Positions 40,760 to 55,241 of a stretch of DNA of 64,000 bases are shown piece after piece. The notes beneath the pieces were generated by a model, which ran no database searches, was not told the DNA's origin, and saw only the letters and a list, made by a program, of their open reading frames with translations. Made by a program: the position numbers and the translations under genes. The stretch spans positions 1-64,000 of the forward strand of contig NGBS01000025.1 of assembly GCA_002245135.1 (NCBI GenBank). Reading direction: 5' to 3'. Position 1 is the first letter of the stretch. Every line of letters begins with the position of its first letter. This DNA is from Proteromonas lacertae (lineage: Eukaryota).

Positions 40760-41872
40760 TCAATTAATTAATTGATATAACTTTGCATTATCAAACACAC
40801 AGATGTTATTCATTTTGCATTTATTACCATATCTGTCTAGATAATACATATCATTATATCTAGATATGAAGCTGGGAATACTATCACCAACAAACGATAA
40901 TTCTTCTCTTTCAGCTGATACATTTATATCACTAACATGTCTCATATTCATATTTATTGCATCATATTGTCTATAAGTCTGTTCCGGTTTTGAATTGAAA
41001 AAATCCACAATTTCTTCTATACAACTCTTTAATGGAACTATTTTTCTGATTTCTCTATTATCATCTTTATATTTTATTACTATATTATCATCAGATTTAT
41101 AATTTGGCAGTTTAGATAAATAATTGGGTAAATCTTTATCAATTTTGTTTATTATGTCTTCAATTCCTCTTTTTGTAAATGGAAAGTATTTGGCTAGTAA
41201 GGGAGATAGGATAATTGAACTATTTGATGTGATTTTTAAGGATAATGGTGGAGGTATAGTCAGAAGTTTCATTGAAGATTTATTTTCTTTTTCTTTATTC
41301 TTTCTTTGCTGATTTCGAGATGAAGTAAGAGCAAATGGAGGTGAACTTATTCTACATACACATTTATAACAATTTATATTTGAATCATAGATCATTCCAA
41401 AAACATTAAAACAATATTGAGATTCTTTCTTTGGCCATTTTAAATTAAACATCCATGCTTTATATCTTTCATTTAATACGAATTCATTTCGACTATCCTA
41501 TTATATGATTAAATAACAACATTAATTATACATTGGACTTTCCAAAATAAAATGGTGCTTCCATTCTGTCATTCTCATCAAAATAAGTAATAGGCATTAT
41601 TGTACCTACATCAATTTCATTTGGACTTAAATAATATGAAAAATGACCACAAACAAATAATGTATCGTTGCAATTATTATATACTTTTATTCTAATACTT
41701 TGTCCACAAAATCCCGTGCTCTAAAAATCATATTAACGAATTATACTCTATGTTTGAAATTTATATGGTCTGGAAAGCATAAAATATGCTTATTTTGTGT
41801 AGTTTTATTATTTCTTCTATAAGAGCTCTTCCAATTAATGCTTGGGTCAAAGAATAAACTGACGTAGCTCAT
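40760..41872 (-). CDS. Hypothetical protein, paralog A (3 exons)
   Basis: Mirror of 42949-44166 with the same two introns; C-terminal region diverged and 35 aa shorter. Confidence 0.8.
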
Positions 41873-41898
41873 TTTAGCAGTGTTTTTTGATTATCAAC

Positions 41899-42357
41899 CT
41901 TCATTACTCTCAATATTAAACTAATTTTCTTAAATTCTCTATTTTAATATTTCAATTACTACTACTGTCTAAAATACATTATTTGATATGAATATATTAT
42001 AATAAATTTTACAACAGCTTATTTAAAAAGGAAATAAAAAAGTAGGCTTGAATGAGGTTTGCATTCATTTTTCGTTTTTCGTTTTTCGCTACCTTAACAT
42101 CAAAATTAGTGTATTCTATTCATATCAAATAATGTATTTTAGACTGCAGTAGTGATTGAAATATTAAAATAGAGAATATAAGAAAATTAGTTTAATATTT
42201 GAGAATAATGAAGTTCATAAAAAAGTGTATCACAGATGCAGGTCATATGACAAACTAATTGTATATTTGTTAATAACTCGTTATAACTAAGATAAAAATG
42301 ATATTAGTTTGTTTTAAAAGTAATTGTATGATGAGAGCGGCTCAACGGCGTATAATA
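41899..42357. mobile_element. Repeat family A copy (fold-back) in the spacer of the second inverted duplication
   Basis: ~95-bp inverted arms, 41899-41994 vs 42117-42213. Ends TTAGTTTGTTTTAAAAG..CTCAACGGCGTATAATA. 42003-42310 aligns with 60685-60954. Confidence 0.8.
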
Positions 42358-42948
42358 GAAATGAATAATCATATAATGAAGTTTCTTAAAAATAAAAGTT
42401 TTTTGACATCTAATTTACGTGCTGCACCTTCTGGTTAGAGTCTTATTGCTTTTATCCTAGATAGTTCAGAAAGATTACTACAACTATTCACTATAAAAAT
42501 ATAAACAAATAAAATATAAAATTATGATTTTGTTTATTTACTATTTTGCTCATACCCTCATAAGTGTTATAATTAGCTAATAAACAATATTTTCCTATAA
42601 TACACTCTATCACATAACTACATATATAGCTTAGAAATTCAGGAAGAATAAATTATAAATATGCAAAGTACAATATATTTAATCCATTTTTGGTTTTCAA
42701 TCTCAACTCCATGGTTATAATAAACAATTCAAATTGCTATATTTACATATCAATTATTTATAATAAATACATATGTAATACCTCAACAAATATAGTAGCA
42801 AATGGAAATTCCAATAGTATGTATTTATAGAAATAATATATATTTAACGAATATGTATATCGAATTTTATTCTTTGTTTTTTTCAAAGATTTTAAAAAGG
42901 TTGATAGTTGAAAATATATTCGTTTTGTAATCAAAAAACACTGCTAAA

Positions 42949-44166
42949 ATGAGCTACGTCAGTTTATTCTTTGACCCAAGCATTAATTGGAAGAGCTCTT
43001 ATAGAAGAAATAATAAAACTACACAAAATAAGCATATTTTATGCTTTCCAGACCATATAAATTTCAAACATAGAGTATAATTCGTTAATATGATTTTTAG
43101 AGCACGGGATTTTGTGGACAAAGTATTAGAATAAAAGTATATAATAATTGCAACGATACATTATTTGTTTGTGGTCATTTTTCATATTATTTAAGTCCAA
43201 ATGAAATTGATGTAGGTACAATAATTCCTATTACTTATTTTGATGAGAATGACAGAATGGAAGCACCATTTTATTTTGGAAAGTCCAATGTATAATTAAT
43301 GTTGTTATTTAATCATATAATAGGATAGTCGAAATGAATTCGTATTAAATGAAAGATATAAAGCATGGATGTTTAATTTAAAATGGCCAAAGAAAGAATC
43401 TCAATATTGTTTTAATGTTTTTGGAATGATCTATGATTCAAATATAAATTGTTATAAATGTGTATGTAGAATAAGTTCACCTCCATTTGCTCTTACTTCA
43501 TCTCGAAATCAGCAAAGAAAGAATAAAGAAAAAGAAAATAAATCTTCAATGAAACTTCTGACTATACCTCCACCATTATCCTTAAAAATCACATCAAATA
43601 GTTCAATTATCCTATCTCCCTTACTAGCCAAATACTTTCCATTTATAAAAAGAGGAATTGAAGACATAATAAACAAAATTGATAAAGATTTACCCAATTA
43701 TTTATCTAAACTGCCAAATTATAAATCTGATGATAATATAGTAATAAAATATAAAGATGATAATAGGAAAGTAGAAAAAATAATGAAATGTGAAAATTGT
43801 ATGCAAGCTTTACTAGAATTCCTAGAATCAAAACCAGAACAGACTTATAGACAGTATGATTTATATAAATTCATATGTTCAAGTCCAGAAGAAAAATACA
43901 ATTATTACAAGACAATGATAAGTATGGATATTAAGTCAGAAAAGTATTTTAGAAAATATGATGGAGTTAGTTGGAATATGAGACATGTTAGTGATATAAA
44001 TGTATCAGCTGAAAGAGAAGAATTATCGTTTGTTGGTGATAGTATTCCTAGTTTTATATCCAAATATAATAATAATATGTACTATTTAGATAAATATGGT
44101 AATAAATGCAAAATGCCACAAATATGCCTGTTAGAGTATTTACAAGTACATCAATTAATTAATTAA
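42949..44166 (+). CDS. Hypothetical protein, paralog B (385 aa, 3 exons); beta-rich N-terminal domain followed by a basic NLS-like stretch
   Basis: Exons 42949-43074, 43101-43289 and 43324-44166 splice in frame; ISSPPFALTSSRNQQRKNKEK. Confidence 0.8.
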
Positions 44167-44287
44167 ATGTAATTTAATTTTATGAAATAATATTTTACAT
44201 TTATATATCTGTAGTATAACAATTGGTTTACTTTTTGATGTGATAAAATGAAATGAAGAATGAAAAATTCAAGCTCTGGTTTGAATT

Positions 44288-47200
44288 ATGTTGATTTTAT
44301 TTTTCATTTTTCTTAGTGTCTCAGCTGATCCCAAGATTAGTGCTGAGGCCCTTAGTTCCAGTGAGTTAGCAGTATATGTAGATATGACTAAACAAGAAAA
44401 GAATGAGATTAAATCAATTAAACTAGAAATAGACACAGGCACATTTACAGAAGAGACTCAGATATTTAGATTAACAAATAACCCAGACTCTATGGCTTTT
44501 TTGCATGTAAAAACAGTAATTGACAATCCCATTAATGAAGCTCAATCCATTGTTTTATATCATGGTTTAATACCAAAGAAGATTGCTTTTTCGATTGTTA
44601 ACCCATCTGGAGATCGCTTATCAGGTACTTTTACATTTGATTGTTATAAAAATGGAGTATTTGTAGGTGAAACAACTGATTTAACTCCATTAATGCATCC
44701 ACATAATGTTCAGCTGTCCATAAATGAAGCATGCAAAGAAGAAATAGAATCTGTTACTATAGATAAGTATAATTTTATTAATTACTATGTTTTATTTTAT
44801 AGTGGAGTATATTATGTAACATTTAAACAAATTAGTGCAAATACATTGGATTTATTACTTCATAAGAACAATTTATCTCCAAATTCAGCAACTCTGTTAA
44901 TTCAACCAATTCAAAAGACTCCCTCCATAACTGGATTTTACTATATATTAGATCAAGGTCATCGAACCCCAGCAATACCATGGAATGCCACATTAGATCA
45001 ACTATATGCTGCTTTACACACTTTACCCACAATCGAAGGTATTAATGTGACTTTGACAAATCATCCAATATATACAAATGGTGGTAGAATAATTTCAATT
45101 ACTTTCTTGCCATTTAACAAGTATATTTTATATAAATGATTGCTCATTTTCTACTAATAGATATAATACACATGAGAAATTGATTATTCAAAGTGAATTA
45201 CATGGAGAAGGTGTTAATATAGTTGTTTGTGAAGGAAATGTAATTATTGATAATATATGTAAAGATATTCCATCTCATAAAGGATCAATGGTAAGTGGAC
45301 ACTTCAGTATAATTAATCCAACAAGTATATATATAAATATATTAAATATCAATTAATAGTTGTTCCAAAAGGAAGAAGAAGAAGAAGACAAGTTGTACAT
45401 AATTCAATAACAGTAGAAAATGGAATGGATATAACTGAATTACAAAATCAACTAAAGACAATAGAATACAACTGTATTATATCTCGTAGTGGACCAGATA
45501 TTTATAACGGATATATTTTCAGTTTATCATTTCCTTCATTAGATTTTTTACCCCCAATGTTAGTGAATAGTGATGGTTTAATAGGAAATGTAATAATAAT
45601 AAATGATACAGGTTATCCACAAGAAATCCAACAAATTGTAGATGCAAAATTACGTCAATTTTATTTACAATTGAAAGGAGAACATAAATACATATCAGAA
45701 GCTGTATTTTTGAATTATAAACAAAAAGATAATGAATGTGATGAAAAGATCAAAAATGCTCTTGAAAAAATGCCAAATATTGGAAGTGTAAGAGTGAATT
45801 GTATTGATGATGGTGAAACAATGAATAGTTTTATAACTTTCCGAGAAAAGAGTGGAGATATTACACCATTATTTATACCTGATATTGTAGTAAAAACAAT
45901 AATTCATAGTAACAATTTACCATTAAGTGGAGAATTTCGAATTGGATATGATGGAGAATATACAAAATATTTACCAATTAATGTGAATAGTGAAATATTA
46001 GAAAAAGCATTAAGTGATTTACCAACAGTTGGTAAAGTTTCCGTTGAAGATAAAGGATGTAGACCATTGGTGAATAATGGTTGTGAATGGGAAATTACAT
46101 TTATCCATAAGATTGGAGATTTACACAAATTATCCTTTGATAACAGTCGAATAAAAGGTACAAAACCTTATGGATGGTTATATGAATTATCTGATGGTGA
46201 ATTACCACCGTTTAATAGTTATCGAGGTGGTGCAAGATATAATAAAATGATTAATATTGAAAATAATAATGACAATACAATGAATATAATATTTGATAAA
46301 TTGAATAATGGTGTTATTTATTATATAAGAGGAGTTGTCACTTATCGAAATCAAAAGAGAAAGAGAAAAGCGATTTATAGTGTTCCTTTGATGATTAGAC
46401 CATCATTTATTGTACCAAAAACACCCAAAATGACAGTTGAATTAGAAAATGATAATACATTGAAATGTATATGGCAAAATCCAATATATTATAACGATAG
46501 TTTGATTATTTCACATTATGAATTATGTTGGAGTTATGATGATTTATATAATAGAAATTCAAAGTGTAATTCAATAGTAATATCATATAATAATGAAAAT
46601 TATAATCAAAAAATCGAGAATATTGATAAAAGTAAAATTATTTATTTGAAATTATCAATTTATTATATTTGTAATGATAAAACATATTGTTCAAATACAT
46701 TACCATATTATACATCCTATATACCTGTTGAAATAAAACCAACTAATGATTATAACAATTATTATCGATTATTAGATATTTCACCAACAGTTAGTGATGT
46801 AACGGATAGTTCATTAAAATTAACTTGGGATAATATTCCAACTGATGTAATTACAAAAGAGAATATATTAAAATATAAAGTGTATTATTGTCATTTAAGT
46901 AATGATGATAATTATAATATAAGAAGAAGAAGTCATGATTTACCTGTTTTACTATTCAAAAAGAAATGTAATTTATTGAAAGAATTAAACAATGAAAATA
47001 CATTTTTGAATGTAATAAAGTTGAATAGTGAATTATATCATTTATTCTTCGTTGAAATCTATGAAAAAGAAGAAAATAAAATATCATTAATGCAATCAAC
47101 AAACTCAATATCTTTAAAGTCAAAATATGATATATCTTATACAATAGTATTAACCAATAATTATACATATGATTTGAATAAAGAACAACAAATATTATTA

Positions 47201-50200
47201 TTACCATCATATTATAGTGGAAAAATATTATTTAGATTTGATAATAATGAAAATAATGATAATTATAAAGAATTTGAATATAATCAATCAGTTTCAATCA
47301 ATGAATTTAGTAAATTTTTAAGTGATTTATATATTAATAAAGAAAGAATTGGTTCAATTATCTTATCACATGATAGTTATTATGATAAAACAAGATGGTG
47401 GCTGAAATATCAAAAATATGGAAATATACCAATACTAATAGCTAGAATAATGATAGATGAGAATAATTATGTTGAATATAATAGTTATGAGATAGTAAAA
47501 GGAGAAATAAATACAATAGATTTTGATTTATATAAAAGTATTAATCAGAAAACAAATGAGAAAATAGAAAATTTGAATTATTTTATTGAAATTTATAAAC
47601 TGTTAGAGAATGGAACATTTGAATGGGTTGAAGATACACCTCAACCACAATTACAAAAACCAATTTATTATTCAAAATATTACACTATAATCAATAATAA
47701 TAAGTGTAATTGTGATATATCATTTATATATGAGAATAAACAGAGTGAAAAGAGTGTTAAAATCAATGAATTAAAAAGTGAAGATATAATTTCAATGTTA
47801 AATTCAATCGGAATAAATGAAGATCAATATAAATACATATATCACAACAATCCAATAGAATTTGAAATATTCTTTTATATATCAACAATCAATATCAACC
47901 AATTCAATATGATATTATTAAATAATGAAGAATGTGAATTATCACATTCATCGCAAAGTTATCAATTATTAAATGATGATAATTTCTATTATTCCACCAC
48001 ATTTTTACCTTATGAAGATATTCCTTATTATATAAATATATTAGAATTACATCAAGGTGGTCTAATTGGTTATTATTATGATAATATGTTTTTATATAGA
48101 AATCCATATAAAGTAGAAATCAACAGTGAAATTAATTATTTGAATTATCCAATCGTTAAATCATATTCTTCAATTAAATGGATTGGAAAATTAAAAGTTG
48201 AAGTTAGTGATGTTTATAGTTTATATGTAGAAGGTGAAAAAGGTATTCGATTATATATAAACCATAAACTATTCTCAGATCATTGGATTTACCCACAATC
48301 TGAATATGGAAGAGAAATATACTTGGATAAATCAATTTATTATGATATAGTAATAGAATATTATAAAATGAACAGTAATTCATCATTTGCATTCTATTAT
48401 AGTTCGAGTACAATTCCAAAGACAATAGTTCCATCAACATGTTTATATTATACAATTGAAATGAGTGAAAAACCACAATTAATATCGAATATCTCAAATC
48501 AAGCTTCTTATACAACATCATTCACATATGGTTCAGGAATTGATTCACCAAAAAGTGAAAAAGAAAATATATTCTTTATCCAATCAAAATATATTGATGG
48601 TAAAATTAAATTAACAGATGGTGATAATTATGAAGTATATATAATTGATAGTGAGAATAAGAAAGAATATTTGAATGTAGAATATGTAGAAAATGGTTTA
48701 TATTCAGTGAAATATCGATTAAATGAAAGTGGTAATTATGTAATTTATGTGAAATTGAATGGTCATAATCTATGGTGTGGTTATAATCAATTATTACCTT
48801 GTTCTCCTCATTATATTAATGCAGTTCCAGAAAATGTAAAATATACAAAAATAGAGGTAAATTTACCGTCATATGGTAATGTAGAAGATTTTATTCAATT
48901 TAATGCAATTCCCAAAGATGATCATGGAAATATAGCTGTTACAAATGAAGATAAAGATAAAGAAAATGAATTTGAATTATATATGATTTTACAATCAAAT
49001 GATTCTTATAGAATCAAATGTAAAGTGAATGATTTATTAGATGGAAGATATTTAATCGATTTTATACCTTTATTAAGTGGTTATTATTATCCTGAAGCTA
49101 GTAATGTGAATGGATCAATTAGAGTAATAAATGAAGAAGAAAAATTACCAATTATAAAGATTAAAACATTACCATTTTCATCAGCAAATACTCAATTTTT
49201 GAATGTTGAAGAGAATAATTATAATGATAATAATAATAATGGAATTGGCTATATTGATATATTATTAAATGATAAATACAATAATCCAATTACAACAGAT
49301 TTAAATGATATTATATTAACAATGAAGATATATAATGAAGAAAATATAATTTATACTTCATCAATATCATATAAAATGATATTTAGTAATAATAATATGG
49401 ATGGAAAAGAAAGTAGAAATACATTTTCATTGAAATATAACTCAATATCATTGGATAATTTACCTTTAAATATCACTAGTTCAGCTTTAACATCATTATT
49501 ATTATTATCAATTGATGAAAATGTGAAAGTAAATATTATTGAAGATTATAATGGTGATAAAAATGAGAAAATATTCATCATTATAATAATCTCACCAAAT
49601 TATGTGAATTTAGAAATAGAAAATGATAATGTTATAAAGTTAATACCATTAAATACAGATAATTACTATCGATTGTATTACCAAACAACTGTAAGTGGAA
49701 AATATACAATTGATTTGAAAGTAAAAGATGTTGATATTGATAAACATCCCCAAATTGAAATAAATAATAATAATCAAAAGATTGATTATTTACAAACAAG
49801 AATAAAATATGAAAATTCAGTAGAAGCTGGTAAAGAAGGTAATATTGAAATGTCATTTTATACATCCTGTCAAGTTGATAAATATGTATTAAAAGTAGAT
49901 ACAAAGAAATTATCACCAAATGAAGGAGATAATAATAAGATTGAAAGTCAAAAATATCAATATTATAGAATAATAATGAATGATAAGAAAAGAGGATATT
50001 TTCAATTGAAATATAAAGACAATTATAGTAAAAGAATATCAAATTTAGATGAAATAGAGAATGAAATAATGTCATTTAATCTTAGTAATATTGAGATATA
50101 TAGTAATAATAATGATGATGATGATGAATATATGTTAATGACAATTTATAATGAAGAAAATGAAAATGAAAATGAAAATACAATTGAAATAGTGAATAAT

Positions 50201-52333
50201 ACAAAAAATGGATTGGTATTTGAATTATTAGAAAAAGGTGAAATGATGAAAAAGAATTATTATCAATTAAAAATAAATAACTATACATCAATACCTAAAC
50301 AGATTTCCAATATAAATATCAATGAAATAACATCATTATTGAATAATTCAAATGAGATTGAATCATTTGATATTTATGAAAATAAAATAGAAGAAACAGT
50401 CTATTTATATACAATAATAATAAACAAATATAAAAATATAAATCAAAATGAATCAATAGAATTGATAAGTGATTCAAAATTAAATGGTGCAATTCAATTG
50501 GTTCATATTCAAAATTATCTTCCACCAAAACCAATAATATTTAACCATGAAATTCATTCAAATATAAACATTAGTTTATCACTTACTCCAACAGTTAATA
50601 ATGATAATGATTATAATATTACAGATAGAAATATAGTGAAATTGAAATGTAATAGTAATGAAAATGTAAATATCACAATAATATTTGATGAAATAATGTT
50701 TAGAAATTTTACATTTCCTTCAAATATCACTATTGAAGAATTAAAGAAAGAAATGGAAGAAAATGGAATAATATTGAATATTATAAAAGAAAATAATGAA
50801 AATGATTTACTATGTGATAATAATAGCGAAGTTACAATTACAAATACAAATTCATCGTTTAATATGCTTTATTCAAATAATAACAACAACAACAATTTAG
50901 AATTTAGAATAATTAGTTTAGGAAAGATTAAGTCAAATTTGTATGAATTAGTTGATTCAAATCCTTTTACAATCAAATTTACATTTTCTGCTTATAAAGC
51001 AAAAGAATATGAAATTAATTGGAGAATAAATGAAGAAAATGATAATTACTTCACATCTTTTAGATTAAGAAATATTTATATTTATCCAAGCAAACCATTT
51101 GGATTAAAATCAGTTCATAATTCTCCCAATTTTGGTTTTGTTGGAATTTCAATAGAATTTAATGTTTATTTATATGATAAATACTCCAATCCAATAACAA
51201 CAATAGAAAATGAAACAAATATAATAATGGAAATAACAAATAGAATTAATAATTATACAACAGATAGAATCATTCCAGAAATAGAAAAAATTAGATCAGA
51301 TAATAACCAAAATGATTATTTTAAAGTGAAATTTGTATATAGCAAAAGAGGTCATTTAGTAGTGAAATTATTACTTGAAGATAAAGGATTAAATGTATTA
51401 TACTATCAGGATCAATTCACTGAATATCCAATTTTAGGAAATTCATATCATTGTCCAATAGAATTTGTGAATTGTAAAAGTACAGATGTAATAACACATT
51501 TGAATGAAACAAAATATGGAAATACTATTAATAGAAAGAGAATATTAGATAATAATGAAATAGTTGAAGATTTAGTTTATAGTGTTAGTTATTATGGATA
51601 TATAATAATTCCTGAAGATGGAAAATATTTATTTTTATTTCCATCTAATAATGGAGTAAGAATAACAATAGATAGAGAAATAATATATAACAAATGGATA
51701 AGATATAATAATGAAGTTGTTATTGATAATAAAATCTTGACAAAAGGAAAACATGAAATATTTATTGAAACTAGACCATATGATGTGAATAATAAATTGG
51801 AATTATATTTCTATTGGCAATATAATGATGATAATAATAGAGAAATAATACCAGAAAGTTCATTTAGATATATAAAGCCAATTCAAAATGGTAATTTTAT
51901 TGTTGAAATATTACCAAATGAATTGATTTATAATTACTTTATGGAATATTTATTGTCAAATTCATCATCATTACAATTGAATGAAATGAATAGTTTATCA
52001 ATGAATTATACTAACAATGATTTATTGAATATAATAATGAACAATTGTGAATTAAGTAAAGAGAATGAATTGTTTAATTCATTGTTATTTGATTCAATAT
52101 ATAAAAGTAAATGTGAAAATGTGAAATATAGTTTTAACTCAACAATCACAGATGAATTGATTAATGTTGATTTAGTAAAACACTATACAGAGAAAAGAAA
52201 TGAAAATGAAAATAGAGGAAGAAATAGTAATGATGATAATGAGATTGTTGATTTATCATATAGTGAATGTTGTGAATTGATTGGAGTTCAAAATAAGAAT
52301 GAAAATATTGGAAGAAGAAGAAGAAGGCATTAA
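44288..52333 (+). CDS. Giant secreted/surface protein with FN3, two PA14 and filamin-type Ig domains (~2650 aa)
   Basis: Signal peptide MLILFFIFLSVSA; VSDVTDSSLKLTW (FN3); GGLIGYYYDN..SIKWIGKL..GIRLYIN and KGLNVLYY..GVRITID (PA14); YGSGI..NGLYSVKY..GNYVIYVKLNG (filamin); introns 45121-45160 and ~45325-45359. Confidence 0.85.
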
Positions 52334-52509
52334 TTTAGATATTTCATTTCTCTTTTTTGTTTTAATTATTCCTTGAAATTAAATCAAAACTATAATAATG
52401 AAAAACAGGGATGTATGCTAATATTTTCTACATTACAATGTATTTACAATTATATATTTAATTAGATTTATATAAAAAATTTGAATCTTTATATATCACT
52501 GTTTGACAT

Positions 52510-53472
52510 TTATTCAATTTTTAATATAGAAATAATACATTTCTTTATGTTCAATGCGTTTTCAATATTTATTCCATGAATAGCTAAAGATAAATAATAA
52601 TCACTACATTGGTTAAAATTCCTTTTTCTTTTATAATAACTATTTAGTTTTATTATTGATATGTTATAATTTTTGAAATAAATACCCATTTGAATATCTT
52701 CTCTATATATTAGTTTATTACTTTTTATATCTATATTGTTTATAAATCTAATCCATGAAGGAAATATAGGAAGTATATAAAAATTACCAGCAACAAATTC
52801 AGGCAGTTTATTATAAGAATATATTGAGAAAGGTATATAGTTTGTATCATTTATATTTCTTTTTGTATGCATGGATGGGTAATAAAATCCATATATTACA
52901 TTTTTATAATAATTATTTATATTTATGTATAGGTTTATTAATTGAATATTAGGATAAACATCACTATCTACTCTTAATATATAATCAAAAAATCTAAAAT
53001 TGATTAATGTCCAATTATAAAATAGAATTGTTATTAATGTCAAATTGAAGTAGCTATCAAAAATAGAAAACTGAATAACATCCTCTTCTATTTTATTAAT
53101 ATTATTACTATATCCTGCAATAAAGATGATTTTATAATGCAATATAATCATATCTTTTCCCCATGTATATCTAATTATTTTTCTTCTGAATGTATCTTTG
53201 ATACATATAGGTATAACTACAAGATATTTATAGAAATCATATAATTCTATATTATGTAATGTAAAGAATATATGTGGACTGTTTAAGTGAATATTATTAC
53301 TCTTGCTTTTATATTTTTGACATTCTTCTGAATTTATATCTTTACATGCTAAATAATGTAAAAGAATAATAATAATTAATAATGAAATATTTAGATTAAA
53401 TATTTTAAATCACACAAATATAAAATAAAAATATATAACATAATATTCTATTTGAAAAGTAAGCTTAAACAT
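52510..53472 (-). pseudogene. GT31 (beta-1,3-galactosyltransferase-like) glycosyltransferase; 5' end interrupted by an in-frame TGA
   Basis: RRKIIRYTWG, DSYFNLTL, RVDSDVY, PEFVAGNFY, EDIQMG. The frame is open from 53409 and includes signal anchor ISLLIIIILLHYLA. The in-frame ATG at 53472 is separated from it by TGA at 53412-53410. Confidence 0.75.
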
Positions 53473-53602
53473 TCATCAAGAGTTAGTGTTAAAGAAACCC
53501 ATTTGTTTAATTTCTACACAAGATTTATGAAAAAAAAATAGCATACATAAAGCTGATATAGTATAAAACATCTGTAATATAATAAACATATAGTATAAAA
53601 AG

Positions 53603-53906
53603 CAGGGCTGTAATATAAGTAAAACCTATAATCTAGCCTCGAGCATTATTTTGTTAAAATCAATTTTAATTACTTACTGAGTAACATTTGTTCTATACAA
53701 ACTATCATACTATATAAAATATTATTCCTACTTCCTGCTTTACTTTAATTACCATAGTTAGAATAAGATTGGTTGAAATTGTATAGATATTTATACTAAT
53801 ATATTAAAATTCATCTACAAACTACTCAATAGTGATATTTAACATATTTATAAACAACTTGTTATTTTGATAATTAATTTATATTGATTACTTCTAAAAA
53901 CCAAAT
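53603..53906. mobile_element. Truncated second copy of the hAT element end
   Basis: Starts CAGGGCTGTA; ~300 bp closely matching 6884-7233. Confidence 0.88.
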
Positions 53907-54021
53907 ACATAATAACCATAATATAAAAAAGACTTGTTGTACTTAATTACTAAATTAATTTCATGTTTCGGAATAAAGTAATATCCTAAAGCTTAGGGTA
54001 TTACTTTGATCTCTTTGATTA

Positions 54022-54650
54022 ATGGAAAAATCAGGTGCTGATACCTCTGTTCCAGGTCATTCCAGAGCATATGGTGATGCTGTTCATAGATATTTAAATG
54101 AAAATGAAAATGATAATGCCAAAACAATCCTAGATTCCTACAATGGCAGAATTTACCAGACAGATATGGTAGATATTTTAGATATGTTCCAGACTTTTTA
54201 AAAAAGACGTTGGACTTATGACAGATATCCTAATACTCCTCGTAGAGCTCTATATAAGTTTATGAGATTACAATATATTCCACAGATCATCCAATATTTA
54301 AAATAAAACCTGATATACAGAATGACCTTATATATGGAGAAAATGATTAGGAGTAAATAGAATGTATTTATAATCTCCAGGATGGCTAATGAGGTTTTTT
54401 AACGTAAGTATAAAAATGTGAATACACAAAAAAGGCAGGAATGGGATAATTATATAGAAAAAACTCCTCCACCTCCAGTACAAGAAGAGGATGATGACAA
54501 AAAAGAAAACGAAGTGAAGCTGTTTTTGATGAGGATGATGTAAATTATGAAGTTTGCATCAGATGTCAAGAAGATGAATGATCTCATGGAATTATTGGAT
54601 GCTAAGATTCCTTATTTTAGGAAGATTGAAGAGCAAGGATCTCATTAATT
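54022..54650 (+). pseudogene. Unidentified decayed coding sequence
   Basis: Less AT-rich, codon-like stretch (MEKSGADTSVPGHSRAYGDAV.., EWDNYIEKTPPPPVQEEDDD) broken by stops and frameshifts. Confidence 0.35.
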
Positions 54651-54919
54651 AAATGATAATGATAATCCCCTCATTGTTAGTGTTATAGTTACTTCGAATC
54701 CTTTTCTATAACATTCCCTTCTTTTCTAGTCTATACTATAGTCTAGTCCCCACACAGTAGCGGCTGGTCACATAGACTGATAATCACTCATAACATGGAC
54801 TGAATTTTTTACTATAATGATATATAAGGAAAGGAATTTGAATTTCATCATCAAAGACTTTTCCTCAAGTCAATATCGAGGAAAGGATTTGAATTTCATG
54901 CATTTATATTATACACTGG

Positions 54920-55158
54920 GATGATTAAAATACATTAATTCTAATTAGAACACCCTTAAAAAACAAATAATAAAATTAAATTCAAGCCTCTTTCAAGCCA
55001 ACAATTTACATTCTTTTAGACAGGGATAAGTAAATATTCTTTAATTCTAAACATCTCAGTTAATATATTTTAGTTTCTAGTAGTGAATGAAACACTTAAT
55101 CGAAATTTCATTAGTAAGAATATGCATTTTGTTTGTTTTAAAAGTATCTGGTAAACAA
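54920..55158 (+). mobile_element. Degenerate repeat family A copy
   Basis: TTCAAGCC..TTTACATTC, TAATATATTTTAGT and AAGAATATGCATTTTGTTTGTTTTAAAAGTATCTGGTAAACAA match 2430-2713. Confidence 0.7.
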
Positions 55159-55241
55159 TAACTATATTAGACATAATAGTAAAAGATGCTGTTATTGATT
55201 AACCATCTTAACTTGGTACTTACCAACTGAAAATTTAAATA

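Larger units (their letters stand above)
40619..44315. repeat. Second inverted duplication: near-identical core 41055-41893 / 42928-43766, diverged outer arms to 40619 / 44315, 1034-bp spacer
   Basis: Core coordinates sum to 84821, with two substitutions seen (41595/43226 and 41175/43646). The outer arms share ATGAAATGAAGAATGAAAA..TCAAGC..TTTTCATTTTTCTTA. Confidence 0.92.

Noticed and set aside
45904..50534. Minus-strand ORFs within the PA14/FN3 gene
   Set aside because: Antisense shadows of a well-supported CDS
53410..53412. In-frame TGA as evidence for a variant genetic code or readthrough
   Set aside because: TGA terminates other genes here (28964-28966, 40575-40577) and long CDSs contain no in-frame TGA
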